A model generated the notes under the pieces. The model searched no databases, was not told the origin of the DNA, and saw nothing but the letters and a program-made list of their open reading frames with translations. From the human T2T-CHM13v2.0 reference genome, Homo sapiens: DNA of 64,000 bases. This document shows positions 46,181 to 57,521 of the stretch, piece by piece. A program made the position numbers and the translations under genes. The DNA lies in assembly GCF_009914755.1 (NCBI RefSeq), contig NC_060937.1; one strand, written 5' to 3'. Within the stretch, counting starts at the first letter, position 1; every line of letters begins with the position of its first letter.

Positions 46181-46379
46181 GCTCTAAACATTCTTCCCCA
46201 TGTCAGGACTGTAAGAACTCTGTAGATAGCCACTAGCCCTTTTCTGAGCAGTGGGTAACTGAAACCCCATTCAGTATGAATGAAAGCATGTCAATGTGCT
46301 AGGACTAGGAAAAGCTCAGAAATATTTAGAGAAGAGGCTCTCCAACACAGGCTTCTGACATGTTTGAAAACAGCCCACA

Positions 46380-46737
46380 GTATGGTCTGAATGTTAGTGT
46401 CCTCTGCAAAATTATATCTTGAAATCCTATCCCTCAAGGTGATAATATTAGGATGTGGGGCCTTTGGGGAGATGATTGGTCATAAGGGCTGAACTCTCAT
46501 AAATGCAATTGGTACATCAACAGAAAAGGTCCAAGGGAGCTTGTTTGCCTCTTCCATCACGTGAAGACACAGCAAGAAGGTGTCATCTATGATAAAGCAG
46601 GCCCTTCCCAGACACTGAATCTGCTGATGCCTTGATCTTAGAATTTCCAGCCTCCACAACTCTAAGAAATACATTGCTGATGTCTATTAGATATGCAGTG
46701 TATGGTATTTTGGTATAGCAGTGCAAATGGACTAAAT
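46380..46737 (+). mobile_element. MaLR LTR, MLT1A-like
   Basis: TATGGTCTGAATGTTAGTGTCC...GTGAAGACACAGCAAGAAGG...CCTTGATCTTAGAATTTCCAGCCTCC...GGTATTTTGGTATAGCAG...GGACTAA. Confidence 0.85.
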
Positions 46738-46771
46738 GGGATTCCCATCCCAATCTGAGCATGAGAAAGAC

Positions 46772-47280
46772 TCCTGGGACATACACCTGGAGATGCTTAT
46801 CTTCTTCGAGGCCTTCAGGGAGTATCATCATCACATACTCGGCTCATGTTTAATCAACAACCAAACTTCTGGGAAGAGAAGAAAAAGGTTTACCATCTCT
46901 TTGTAGAACCCCAGTCTTGTAGCTTCATATCCTAAATGTATTTTGTAAGTGAATAACCTGAGTACAGGTTATTGTTCTACCTAGCGGGTGATTACACAAA
47001 TGATGAATTCTTGGTTATCAAAATACTCATATGGCTTTGGGATTTTGAACTGGTAAATATTCATGATGTGTGAAAAATCAAGACACATATTGTATAATCT
47101 CAGTCCCATAAAATTGGATGTTATTTTATATACAGACAGGACCTAGAAGAACACATAAAACTGTAAACTCTATGTGATTGTGGATTACTTTGTTCTTTGC
47201 TTCTTATGTTTTTCAGTTTCCTATAATGCACACATTAACATTTTTTTAAAAAAGGGTTATTTTAAAAATTAAAAAAAATG
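46772..47280 (+). pseudogene. Candidate retroposed transcript (3'UTR-like) fragment, parent unidentified
   Basis: Ends in an A-run (47271-47278) and is bracketed by the 11-bp direct repeat ATGAGAAAGAC (46761-46771 and 47281-47291). No ORF. Confidence 0.3.
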
Positions 47281-48546
47281 ATGAGAAAGACGTGATTTTT
47301 TTTTGTGAAAACATAGGCAACATTTAGAAATGAGATATCTAGTCCCAGGAGTGAGCATTCCAATTTCTTCCTAAAACTGTATTCTTAGTAATTGCTTAAG
47401 ATATCTTTTTCCCCACTCCAAATATTTAGTAGCTCTATGAAAAATTTATTCTTGAAATATGCTTTGCCCATTTGGATTTTAAATTTATTTGAAACAGTGT
47501 CCCCACCTTTTTAAGATAAATGTTAGGACAAATACTCTAAAGCCATCAAAAATGACTGGCATGAAATAAAAAAGAAACGTACCAGTTTAAGAATGATACT
47601 TGTTTTTTGCAAAATGAAGAAAGACATGACTATTTTAGCCTTTCAATCAGAAGAGTTCTGATATGAATCCAAAACATTTGAACTGCACTTGCAAAGTGGT
47701 ATCATTTTACTAGTACAAAATGCAATGTATAATATCATCCTATGTATTATGTATCGGATATGCCAATAGTAAATATCCAATAAAAAGTTGATGCATAGTA
47801 AATCAATTATTCTAATGAACTTCATCTTCTACTGTAAATTTATTGTATAGAGTGAAGCAGCTTTTGAATTGGAAGTAGAATTGATAGAAAAGTAGAATAA
47901 GAATCTATTAAAAACATAAAAACACACAACCTCCTGAAAGTGCTTGTTTTCAGAGAAGTTGAGATTATAAACCACTTCAAATAATCCATGGATTCTCATT
48001 CATTAGAAAAGATACTTTGTCTGCAATAACATAAAAACCATACATTTTAACAAGTATCTTGTTTTCATGAGGGCAAAATGTTACATATGCAATCAAAACA
48101 CATCTACCCACAGTATCTCAATTACAAATATCATTCAGTTAATCCCATCCCAAATTGGGTTTGAGATGAATTCAACAGTTCAGAGCTATTCATCCTAGCT
48201 CTAATCAACTGAGAAAATATTTTATGGAAATAAAAACACCTCTGGTTTTTTCTTTCCTTTTTTTTCCCGTGACTGTTAGTAAAAGTGCAATGAACATAGA
48301 GTGGAACTGGCAGTGTTACAGTGCCTGGAACACAGTAGGATCACAATCTGTGATCTTAATTTCCATTTATATTTACATTAATTATTATAAGATTTTTAAA
48401 CTTAGAAAATGATACGTATTTAACACCTTTGAATCATAAAAATTAAAACATGTATTGTAAAAGTTACCTGAATAAAACAATATTTTGTTAAACTGAGTCA
48501 GTTGAACTTGGCCTTAAATGGATGTGTTATGTGTTTTTCAAGATAG

Positions 48547-48998
48547 TGTAGTTGTTTTCTATTACTGCTGTAATAAATTGTCACAAATTTAGCAGTTTAA
48601 AATAACACTCATTTATTAACCCCCAATCTTGTAGTCAGAAGTTTGGTTACCGACTGGCTCAGCTGGTCCTTTGCTTAGTGCTTTGCAGTGCTGAAGTCAA
48701 GGTGTCAGTAGAGTGGTGTTTCTTTCTGGGAGATCTGTGGATGGATCCCCTTCCAAGCTCATTCAGATTGTCAGTGAATTCAGTTCCATGTGGTTACTGG
48801 ACTGAGGTTTCCATTTCCTACCTGACTGTCATCTGGGAGCCTCTCTTATCTCCTTAAGGCTGGATAATCTCCCTATTTTAAGGTCCATATGTCAATTATA
48901 TTTGCAAGGTAAATGCAACTTCCCTTTTGCCTTGTAACAGTCACAGGTTCTATGAATTAAGGCATAGGTATCTCTGGGGAAGTATTATGCCCACTGCA
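48547..48998 (-). mobile_element. MaLR LTR, MLT1D/E-like
   Basis: TTTTCTATTACTGCTGTAATAAATTGTCACAAATTTAGCAGTTTAAAATAACACTCATTTATT...CCCTTCCAAGCTCATTCAGATTGT...ACAGTCACAGGTTC. Confidence 0.75.
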
Positions 48999-51900
48999 GT
49001 TAGATAGATAAATGGTGATTGTGAGAATATTGAGCTTACTTTATGAAAGAGCAGCAGCATAGTGACTGAATATGATCCAGGAAGCTGAAAGGGGAAGAAA
49101 ACACTGGTTTCTTAGAATTCCTCCTGGCTCCATGAGACAGAGGTTTTGTATATTGTCAGAGATTTTACCTATCTTTTCCAATACACATACTTTTAATGCT
49201 AAGGTATTTTATCTTCAATCGAGTAAAACAGCATTTCCCATCAAATGATTTGATTGCAAATATTGTTGTCACATGGCATCTAAACCAGGGTGTCCTGAGT
49301 CAAACATGAAGTACAAAAAAAGGAACTAATTGGATTCCCTTAAGTTGTATTAGATGTTTTATTTGAAAGAATTATAGGCCAACATAAATTCAGTTATTCT
49401 TATACTCAGTTACTCAGAAATCTGTGCATTCATGGACTGAATACATTTACAAATAAGACTGGGGAAATGGTACATTCCGTAGTGCTTTTTACAGAATACT
49501 AATATTTTGTCGGACTAGTTCAAGAAATTGGACATATACAGGATAGTTGGCTTTGCTAAATTTAAATGCTTAGATGATTCAGTGGAAGTCTTTTAGGGAT
49601 AAACTTAAATACATGTTACTGAAATTCTTCTGTTTGCAGTGTATTTTAACTGCTATTTACAAGAAATTCTGTAAATCAAATGGCACTTTTTACTGTTAAA
49701 AAATGATTGAAAGCATCATAAATAGGAAGCTGTCTCAACATAGACCAATAGTATTTTTTAGCACCTGGTTCATGGTTAGCATTGCTCACATTCATTTGAC
49801 TTTGAATATGTTTAGATTTTATAATTGAATTAGAAAAATGTGAAGGAAACTAGTTTCTCAATTTAATAAGGCAGTGGGTAAGTGGGAGAGGAGCTAGGTG
49901 GATGATGCCTTTTTGGGGGGGAAAGAAAACTAAAATAATTTTATTTATTTTTAGAATTCAAAAAAATATTTAGTTTATTGTCTTCCTTTGCTCTTTTTAT
50001 TCTACCTTTAAGGTGTTTTGTTTTGTTCTATGAATTGTTTAGAATTACCTTCTGTAGAGTAATTTTTCTTCATAGTGAATGTATCTGCAGTGATTTTATA
50101 CATTAATATTAAAATGTTCTTTCATCATACATTTCACCAGACATTATAACATTGAAAAATACTGTAATATAGTATTATTTGAAATATTTATGCAACAAAT
50201 CGCGAAGTCCATTTTACATTCCATTAAATCAAAACTTCACGTTGCCAAGAAATTACCTTAAAAAAATTTACACAAAACTATAAAATTGAGGTGATATAAT
50301 TATATTTGCAAAACAAAAACTAGTGCTATTCTTTTGAAATATAGTGGCAGGGTTACTTGTAAATATGTAAAGTCAATTAATATCATAATTATTTTTAAAT
50401 TATTGTGGAAGGTAAGCATATGATCTTTTTAATGAGAATAATTGGTTCACATCTCAGTACAAACATTTCTTTGATCATTTAAGTGAAAGTTAAACTTTGG
50501 AGCTATAAGGAATTTTAATATTTCAAATGCATAAAAGAAATACATAAAAGCAAAAGTAAAAAATTAGATTTGCCTATTCCAGCCATAGAACACACCCAAC
50601 CCTAATTTTGTAATTCATATATACTGATATTCTCCTCTATTAGCTTCGAATATATAGGGTATATCTCCAAGTAGTGCTTTTATCTGTCATAATGTTTCTT
50701 GTCTCTCTCTGGTAGAGGTGCTTATGGAAGAGCTACAGGTCGGGGGTAGATTGGAGGAGGAACATATTCATTCCTATATGTGTGTGGTTCACGTTAGTTC
50801 TCCCAAGCTGGAGAATAATTTTGATGGAGAAAAATTTTATCCCTGTGTACAGCACAATGATTTGCTTGTAATACGCACAGACTAATAGTAAATATATTTA
50901 GTAAACGAATCATTGATGATAATAGTGTTTATCTTCATTGAAGCTTCAGAGTATTGGACCCTAAAACTGTAAGGAGTAAGAAAATGATCCCAAGTTCCCT
51001 TGGAATTGTAACATTTTATGATTTACTGAGATCCTAACATTCAGTTATCCTGAGTTTACCTTCAATTACCTTATTAAATGTAAGCCTGGTCCTTCTCTTT
51101 TTTTTTCTTTTTGAATTTAAAAATATTTTGACTGACATCTTTTTCCCTCTCTATATAGTGATTCCAAATTATCTAATGACAAACTTGTTTTTCTCCACTT
51201 TTAAAAAAAATTCCTTTAACAATTATCTCCCCATTCTCATTTTCATATCAATCATGTCCTTTGTATTCACACTTGAGCCTGCCTTTTCTATAATCTGTGT
51301 GAATTTTATATAAATATTTATTCACATATTAGAACCAAATTTATTCCTTCCATCTTTCTGCTAGTCTCATAAAGCTTTTCTTGATTATTCTCACATATTC
51401 TCTAACTTTTTAAAATTTTTACTATTTTATAAAAATTATTATATTTGTCAAATATATAAATTTATTCTTCATATATTTTTCTCTTTAAGAAGGTACAAAT
51501 AACTTCATTTGGAAAATTGTATCTTTTTTCTCTAAGTACATGCAGGATAAATATGATTCTTACTAATTCATTTTAATAATTAATTTTGATTGACCTCATT
51601 TTTAGATGAGATTTTATTTCAGAAAATTTATTTTAACACCTGGTATATTGCCTTTGTAAATATTACTTTGGTTATCTTTCTAATAAAGGTGAAATTAAAG
51701 GATATGTCTTCATGGAAATGTTTGAAGGAAAAGTAACTCTGCTAGCTATTTTTCGCAGGATTTTGAATATTTCTTACATTTATGATTGCTGTATTCTCCT
51801 TTAATGCACCCTGCTAATTTTTTTTCTTGATTCTCTAGGTCTTAGTTTCTTCAACTGTAAAATGAAGAGGTTGGACTAAGTTACCTCTATGGTTTCATAA

Positions 51901-53149
51901 TTTAAATAATAATTTTTTTTTAAGGCAGGGTCTTGCTCTGTCACCCATGCTTAAGTGCAGTGAAATAATAATCTTGACCATCACGAGATTTCCAGATGAG
52001 AAAGGATAAACTTGTCATAGGAATAAAAAAAAGTCAAAGTGTCCACAAAATGCATAATTTGAATAAATAGAGCATATTGAGTATATATAGGCCTTTAATC
52101 TAAAACACTATCAACTTTAAGGAATTGTTTTATGTAACAAAAATATTGGCTTGGTGAAAGAATGAGCAAATAAATTGATAAGACAACCTCCCATGGGACA
52201 CCACTTAATTACAATAGCAATAATTAAGCTAATATTTGTGGAACACAATCTGCGCAAAATATTTTGCATGAATTATCTCATTTAATTTTCATTACACCAT
52301 GAAAGACAGTAAGTTCATAATTTACACATAGATGAGTCTTAGGAGGGGAAATTAGATTTTTCTAGATGCTGGGACTGTATATAATATTGTTTTTACATCT
52401 GCTAAATGTTTATTTAGCCTGAGTTTGAAAATTCTACCATTTGGTATTGGTTCTTATTAAATTCTTCTTTTTAAACAACATGATACTTGAAGCATAAGAC
52501 ATGCTAAATGACTTCACTGGGTTTTAAAATGATGTTAAATGTTTAAAATAGTGATGTTAAACCTCAAGATCTGCATACTTCTTGGCTCTAACTAGCCATT
52601 TCACCTGGTCATATTTCCTGGATCCTGTTAAGAGTTGCCTACAACCATCATATCATTCTTTCTTGGTATTCACATAACACTTGAAGTTATATTTACACCT
52701 TAAATTATCCACTTGACATTTTATTATCTTGTTTTCAACAGGAAGGACTCCTCTACATGTGTCTATTTTTAGTACAACCACAAGTAAAATACCACAAATG
52801 GCTTAGATGAAATGTTCTTGATGACGTCAACCTCATATTGGAATATCTGTCACATGGGCATAGAGTAATGTTTGTTAAATTGAAGAGGATTGACAGTCAT
52901 AAAGATGGAATAAACTGGGTAAATTAGTGCCTTTATAATTCCATCTGTGTTGTAAAACCCAACATTGGAGAAGCGGGTTATGGCTCCGATACTTTCATTG
53001 CTGACTTAATGTTTAGTAAATGAGTTCTGTATCTTTTTCAAATTTTTACAATAAGCTCAAAAGCAAATTATGAAAACTATTTACTTTCTGGTCATCCCAT
53101 GCAGATTAACTCCTATGGCATCACAAGTTTAATCAGCTATACATTATTT

Positions 53150-53830
53150 ATATCCTATATTACCTCCTATAATAGATCTCTTTTATATTCTCTGGTTCAA
53201 GTCCCCATTTTTCACTTAAATTGTCACTAAACCTTATAACTAGCATCCAGAATTTTCTTCAACACAAGCTGTACAGGTGGCCAAAAGTGATCTTTTAAAA
53301 ACATAAACTCTCTGGTCTAAATTCTTAAAAGTCCCATTACCTTTCAGATAAAATTGTAACCTCCAAGTATGGCATATAAGTTTCTTCATTATTTGCTGTA
53401 CACTTATGTCTCCCAGCTCATTGTTAATAATCTTTTTTATTCTCTTCATCCCTTTAGCAAAGGAAAACTGCAATATTTGTGGCTCTTCAACCATGACATG
53501 CTCACTCCCACATGTGTGCTTTGCCTACTGTTCCCCACTCAAATGCCCTTCCCTCCTGGCTGCCATTTTCTCTCATTTTCTCAACTTTTCCTTTTTTCAA
53601 GCTCATAACTTCTTATGAGAAGGGTTCAAAATAGACATCACCTCCTTTAGGGAGTCTTCTCTGACTTTCCAAAATTGGGTTAGGTCCTGCTCACATAGCA
53701 TCCAAAGAATAGGCATTTATCACATATGTTTTGAAACTGGTTTTCTTATTGGCTTTCCACAGGATGATGTAAGTTCATTAAAAGAGTTGTAATATGGGTA
53801 CTAAAATATGTATGGGATAAATGACTGTAT
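53150..53830 (+). mobile_element. L2 3' fragment
   Basis: GTGATCTTTTAAAAACATAAA, CATCACCTCCTTTAGGGAGTCTTCTCTGAC, and a TGACTGTATGACTGA tail. Confidence 0.6.
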
Positions 53831-55624
53831 GACTGATTTTTTAGAAATCACCACGGTATTCTTACTTCTTGACATTAGTGGGTTAAGTTTTAAAGTTCAC
53901 TCAATTTTGTTTTATATCCTTAAAGGAAGACGTTCCTAGTTTAGGAGTCTATTTTACAAATGCTACTATATAAGGACAATATATACAAAAAGTGACATTT
54001 AAAAATGATTATAGGTTATGTATTTATGTATATATTATCTGAAAAATATACATGGTTTGTTATTAGAAATAGAAATAACTAAAAAAAAATACTGTGCTGC
54101 GACTTTTTAGCTCAGGAATCCAAATTGTTTTAATTGATTTTTTCTCTGAGTCTTCTTGTGGGCCCATCAATTCTCTTCAATAAATATTTATTGACTACTT
54201 GCACATAAAGGCACAGTGCTAGGCAGAGAATGCCTAGATCTGCAATATGGCATTTCGTGGCAATTTTGACTTTTTTCAGTGAGCAAATTTACCATAGAGC
54301 GATGAAAATGCTCAGGTATTTATGTCCCTGGCCTCCATGAATTGAGGCTGCCCAACGATTTGAAGAACACCAGCTGGTTGGTGCTGCAGTTTCATTACAT
54401 TCTCCATTGTCTGCCAGGGATCAGGACCTCACAGAGTCCTCACCTCAGGAGGAGAGATCGGAACCTGAACATCCAGAGGACAGAGGCTTGCTTAATTTCC
54501 CCCTTTATAGTTGTCAATTTAGGCATTTTCTGGGAGCACAAATTAGAATCCTTGTGAGAGATCTTACTGCAATCAAATCAACTTCATACACCACTCCTAA
54601 AAATTGTTTCCAGTGATGTTATTTCACAGTAAAATCATGCCTGGTGTTTTCCTAAAATACATGTAGAACATCTAAAACACTCAAAATTTACATTTTTTAA
54701 TGCATCAATACTACAAAACTGTTTAAAAAGAATTTATTTTTCTCTTCTTTTCCAACTACCATTGATGAAAGCCTAACTGCCAGGAGGGCTTTTTTTTTTT
54801 TTTTTTTTAATAGGGTCAGGAAATCTACCCTAAGTAGTCAAATAACGTAAATTGTTTTTTTCCCTGTAGCTGAAATTGCTATGTTGGTTTTAAACTTCCC
54901 AATTCAAATTAATGAACAATTTTCTCTGTAGTGTAAGAGTGAATTTGGCAGTGCAAAGATCACAGCAATCTCTTCTTCATTAAATTGGGCAAAGAGAACT
55001 CATTGGTTCACAAACTGTTAAATGGATATTAGGGGTTTTAATGAATGGAACATTTATTTTTGTGCCAGCTCAACTAACAACATTGACATGATTAGCATAC
55101 ATTTTGGCAACTATTCTAGCACAAGGTGTCAGTAAAAAGGGGCTTTTATCTTTTAGTTTAATTTAGTTTAGCTTTCCTTGCTATTAATGTTTTTAATGTG
55201 AATGAGATGTTTTTGTAAAGGAAATCCTGCCACAAGAAGTTATTCAGAAATACATCTTTTTATTAATGTTACAGGCATTTCTCATGCTGGAGATCAAGTC
55301 CATTCCCCAAAACACATGAACCTTCTTCAGATTTGGAAATGAATCGAAAATTGTGCTATTTATACTGATGGTAAAATTATTGCACTTATGGAGGCTTCTT
55401 AAAAATAAATAGTGTTACTTTTATCTCATGAAGTTCCTTTCTTTAAAAAAGAGAAATAAGAAATAAAATATGACTAGTAAGAGATGTTTCCTCCATTGCT
55501 ACATATCAGTTATAAATGAAAAGTTTTGGGGGTTAAATGATCTTAGTCTCTTAGCTCAGATGCCTCTCGTACAAAAGGAATTTCCAATAAAAATATATTT
55601 ACTTTTTGTAACAAACATTGCTGC

Positions 55625-57521
55625 CTCATATACTTATTATTTTATTTATTGAAATTCTCAAATTGAAGAAAAATAAGATAAATGAGTTAATTAATACAAA
55701 TCTAAAAGAACTTGGTTGTTTGCATTCAATGTCTTTTTTGTAGAGTATTTTTGTTTTAAAAATTATTGCAAGCTATTGCAACACAGCTAACAGAGGATTT
55801 GTTATAAATCTGTAGTAAAATGAAAATTTATAATGATATTAAATCTATAATAAATTAATATGCATGTGCACATACATGGGTGCAAATTTTCATATGAACT
55901 TACATCAAACATTTAGGCATACTCTCTTTCTACTATATATATGTCTATAACTACACACACATTTAATAATTTACCCAATGTTTAATTGAGTAATGAATTC
56001 ATTTAATATAAACTTTAGTATAGCAGAATACTACAGGTTACCCACATTTAACCCTAAAAACAAACAAATGACAGGCACTTCAGTGAAATAACAAGCCCAT
56101 GTTCAAATATAAAATGCTAAAAGTGAGAAAGAAATTATGAAAATATATACCTTTAATTTGCAGACATATAAACACTTTTGGTACAGTACAGATGCATGAT
56201 GCCAAAAAGTAAAATGATCCAGTTTAAGCTAACACATTCCTTGTTTATACAGATTATTTTGCTATAGCTCTCATATAAAATAATATTTCCAGCTCACACA
56301 ATGAATTGAAAGTGATAAATCACTGATGAAATAGCTTTCTTCATTGCAAGAGATTCAGTAAAAGCTAAATTATCAAAGAAATCTGCTGCAGGGCTTACAA
56401 ATAAACTGTTGGATTTAATCCAAAACCAAAGAAAGGAAGCCAGAAATGGTAGTCAACAAACCTAAACAACAACAAAAAGATAAGTACAGTATAACTTTCA
56501 TATAAAAGGCCCAACTAAAACAACCAGTAGTGTACACAAGCCTCTAGAAGAATTCACTTTTAATATGATTTCTATTTTCTTATGTGATGGATGATTTCAA
56601 GCCTATAAAAGTCTAATATATAACCCAAGTATAAAGTACGACCAACAAGTTGTGAAAGCACTAAAATGTCATGAATGCCTATGAAGCAACTAAAGATTGA
56701 AGCATTTCTTTGCTTCTGGCTGTTTTTCTTGGGCACAATATCTAGTTACATTTCCTGTAATGAAGAATATATATATGTATGTATATATCTATTTCCCTTG
56801 TAATAATAACAAGTGCAGTGGTAAAGCAAACAGAAAGCAATTCGAGTACACAGAAAGTGGAATACTCTTCAGCAGGCTGAATCTGTAACACAAGGCAATG
56901 ATTTTATCCTTGCTAAAAAGGAATTGCACTTCTTTTTAATGCCTTCTCTTTCAAACTATATATGCACTTATGAGGTAATAAACATTCTGTTTACAAGTGC
57001 ATTTCTTTTTTTATCATATGTTTAAATAGGGTGAAATTTAATTTACTTTAATTTCATATTTGTTTAATGTTAAAAACAATATATTTAAAATATACTCTTT
57101 CATTAATTTCATGTACAACTGCCAAGTACAATACCCCAGTTTCCTGCAAAGGAGCAGCTGATGCCCTCTTGTGGTGACAGGAATTTTTAGATAAAAATTT
57201 GTTCCATTTTTCTTACCTTACTCCCAGGTTTTATCAATCATCTGCTTGGTGTATGAAAGCTGCAAACCATGTCCAAGCTTTTTTTTTTTTTTTTTAAATA
57301 CAAGTCCTATAGCTGTTAGTACTAATTTTCACTTAAAAATGCTGTACACATTTTATAACCTCTGAATTTAAATTTAAAAACCTGTAAACAGCTATTTACA
57401 ATATAGAACAAGTTATAAATTAGTTGTCCTTCATTGGAACTGCCATCAACACACTCTTTTTTAGGTGATGAAGATCCAAAGTCAGTTAAAACATTTCTCT
57501 GTGTTATTCCACCATGAAATA
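55625..57521 (-). other. PCDH20: PCDH20 3'UTR (~1.9 kb, no interspersed repeat recognised, AU-rich)
   Basis: Lies between the TGA stop (57522-57524) and the poly(A) signal; the distal end is inferred. Confidence 0.7.
55641..55650 (-). terminator. PCDH20: Overlapping AATAAA poly(A) signals of PCDH20
   Basis: Minus strand AATAAATAAA followed about 20-30 nt downstream by GU-rich TGTTTGTT; cleavage inferred near 55625. Confidence 0.7.

Noticed and set aside
55259-55264. More distal AATAAA on the minus strand
   Set aside because: It could be an alternative poly(A) site, but the hexamer is common in DNA this AT-rich and cannot be supported without 3'-end data.
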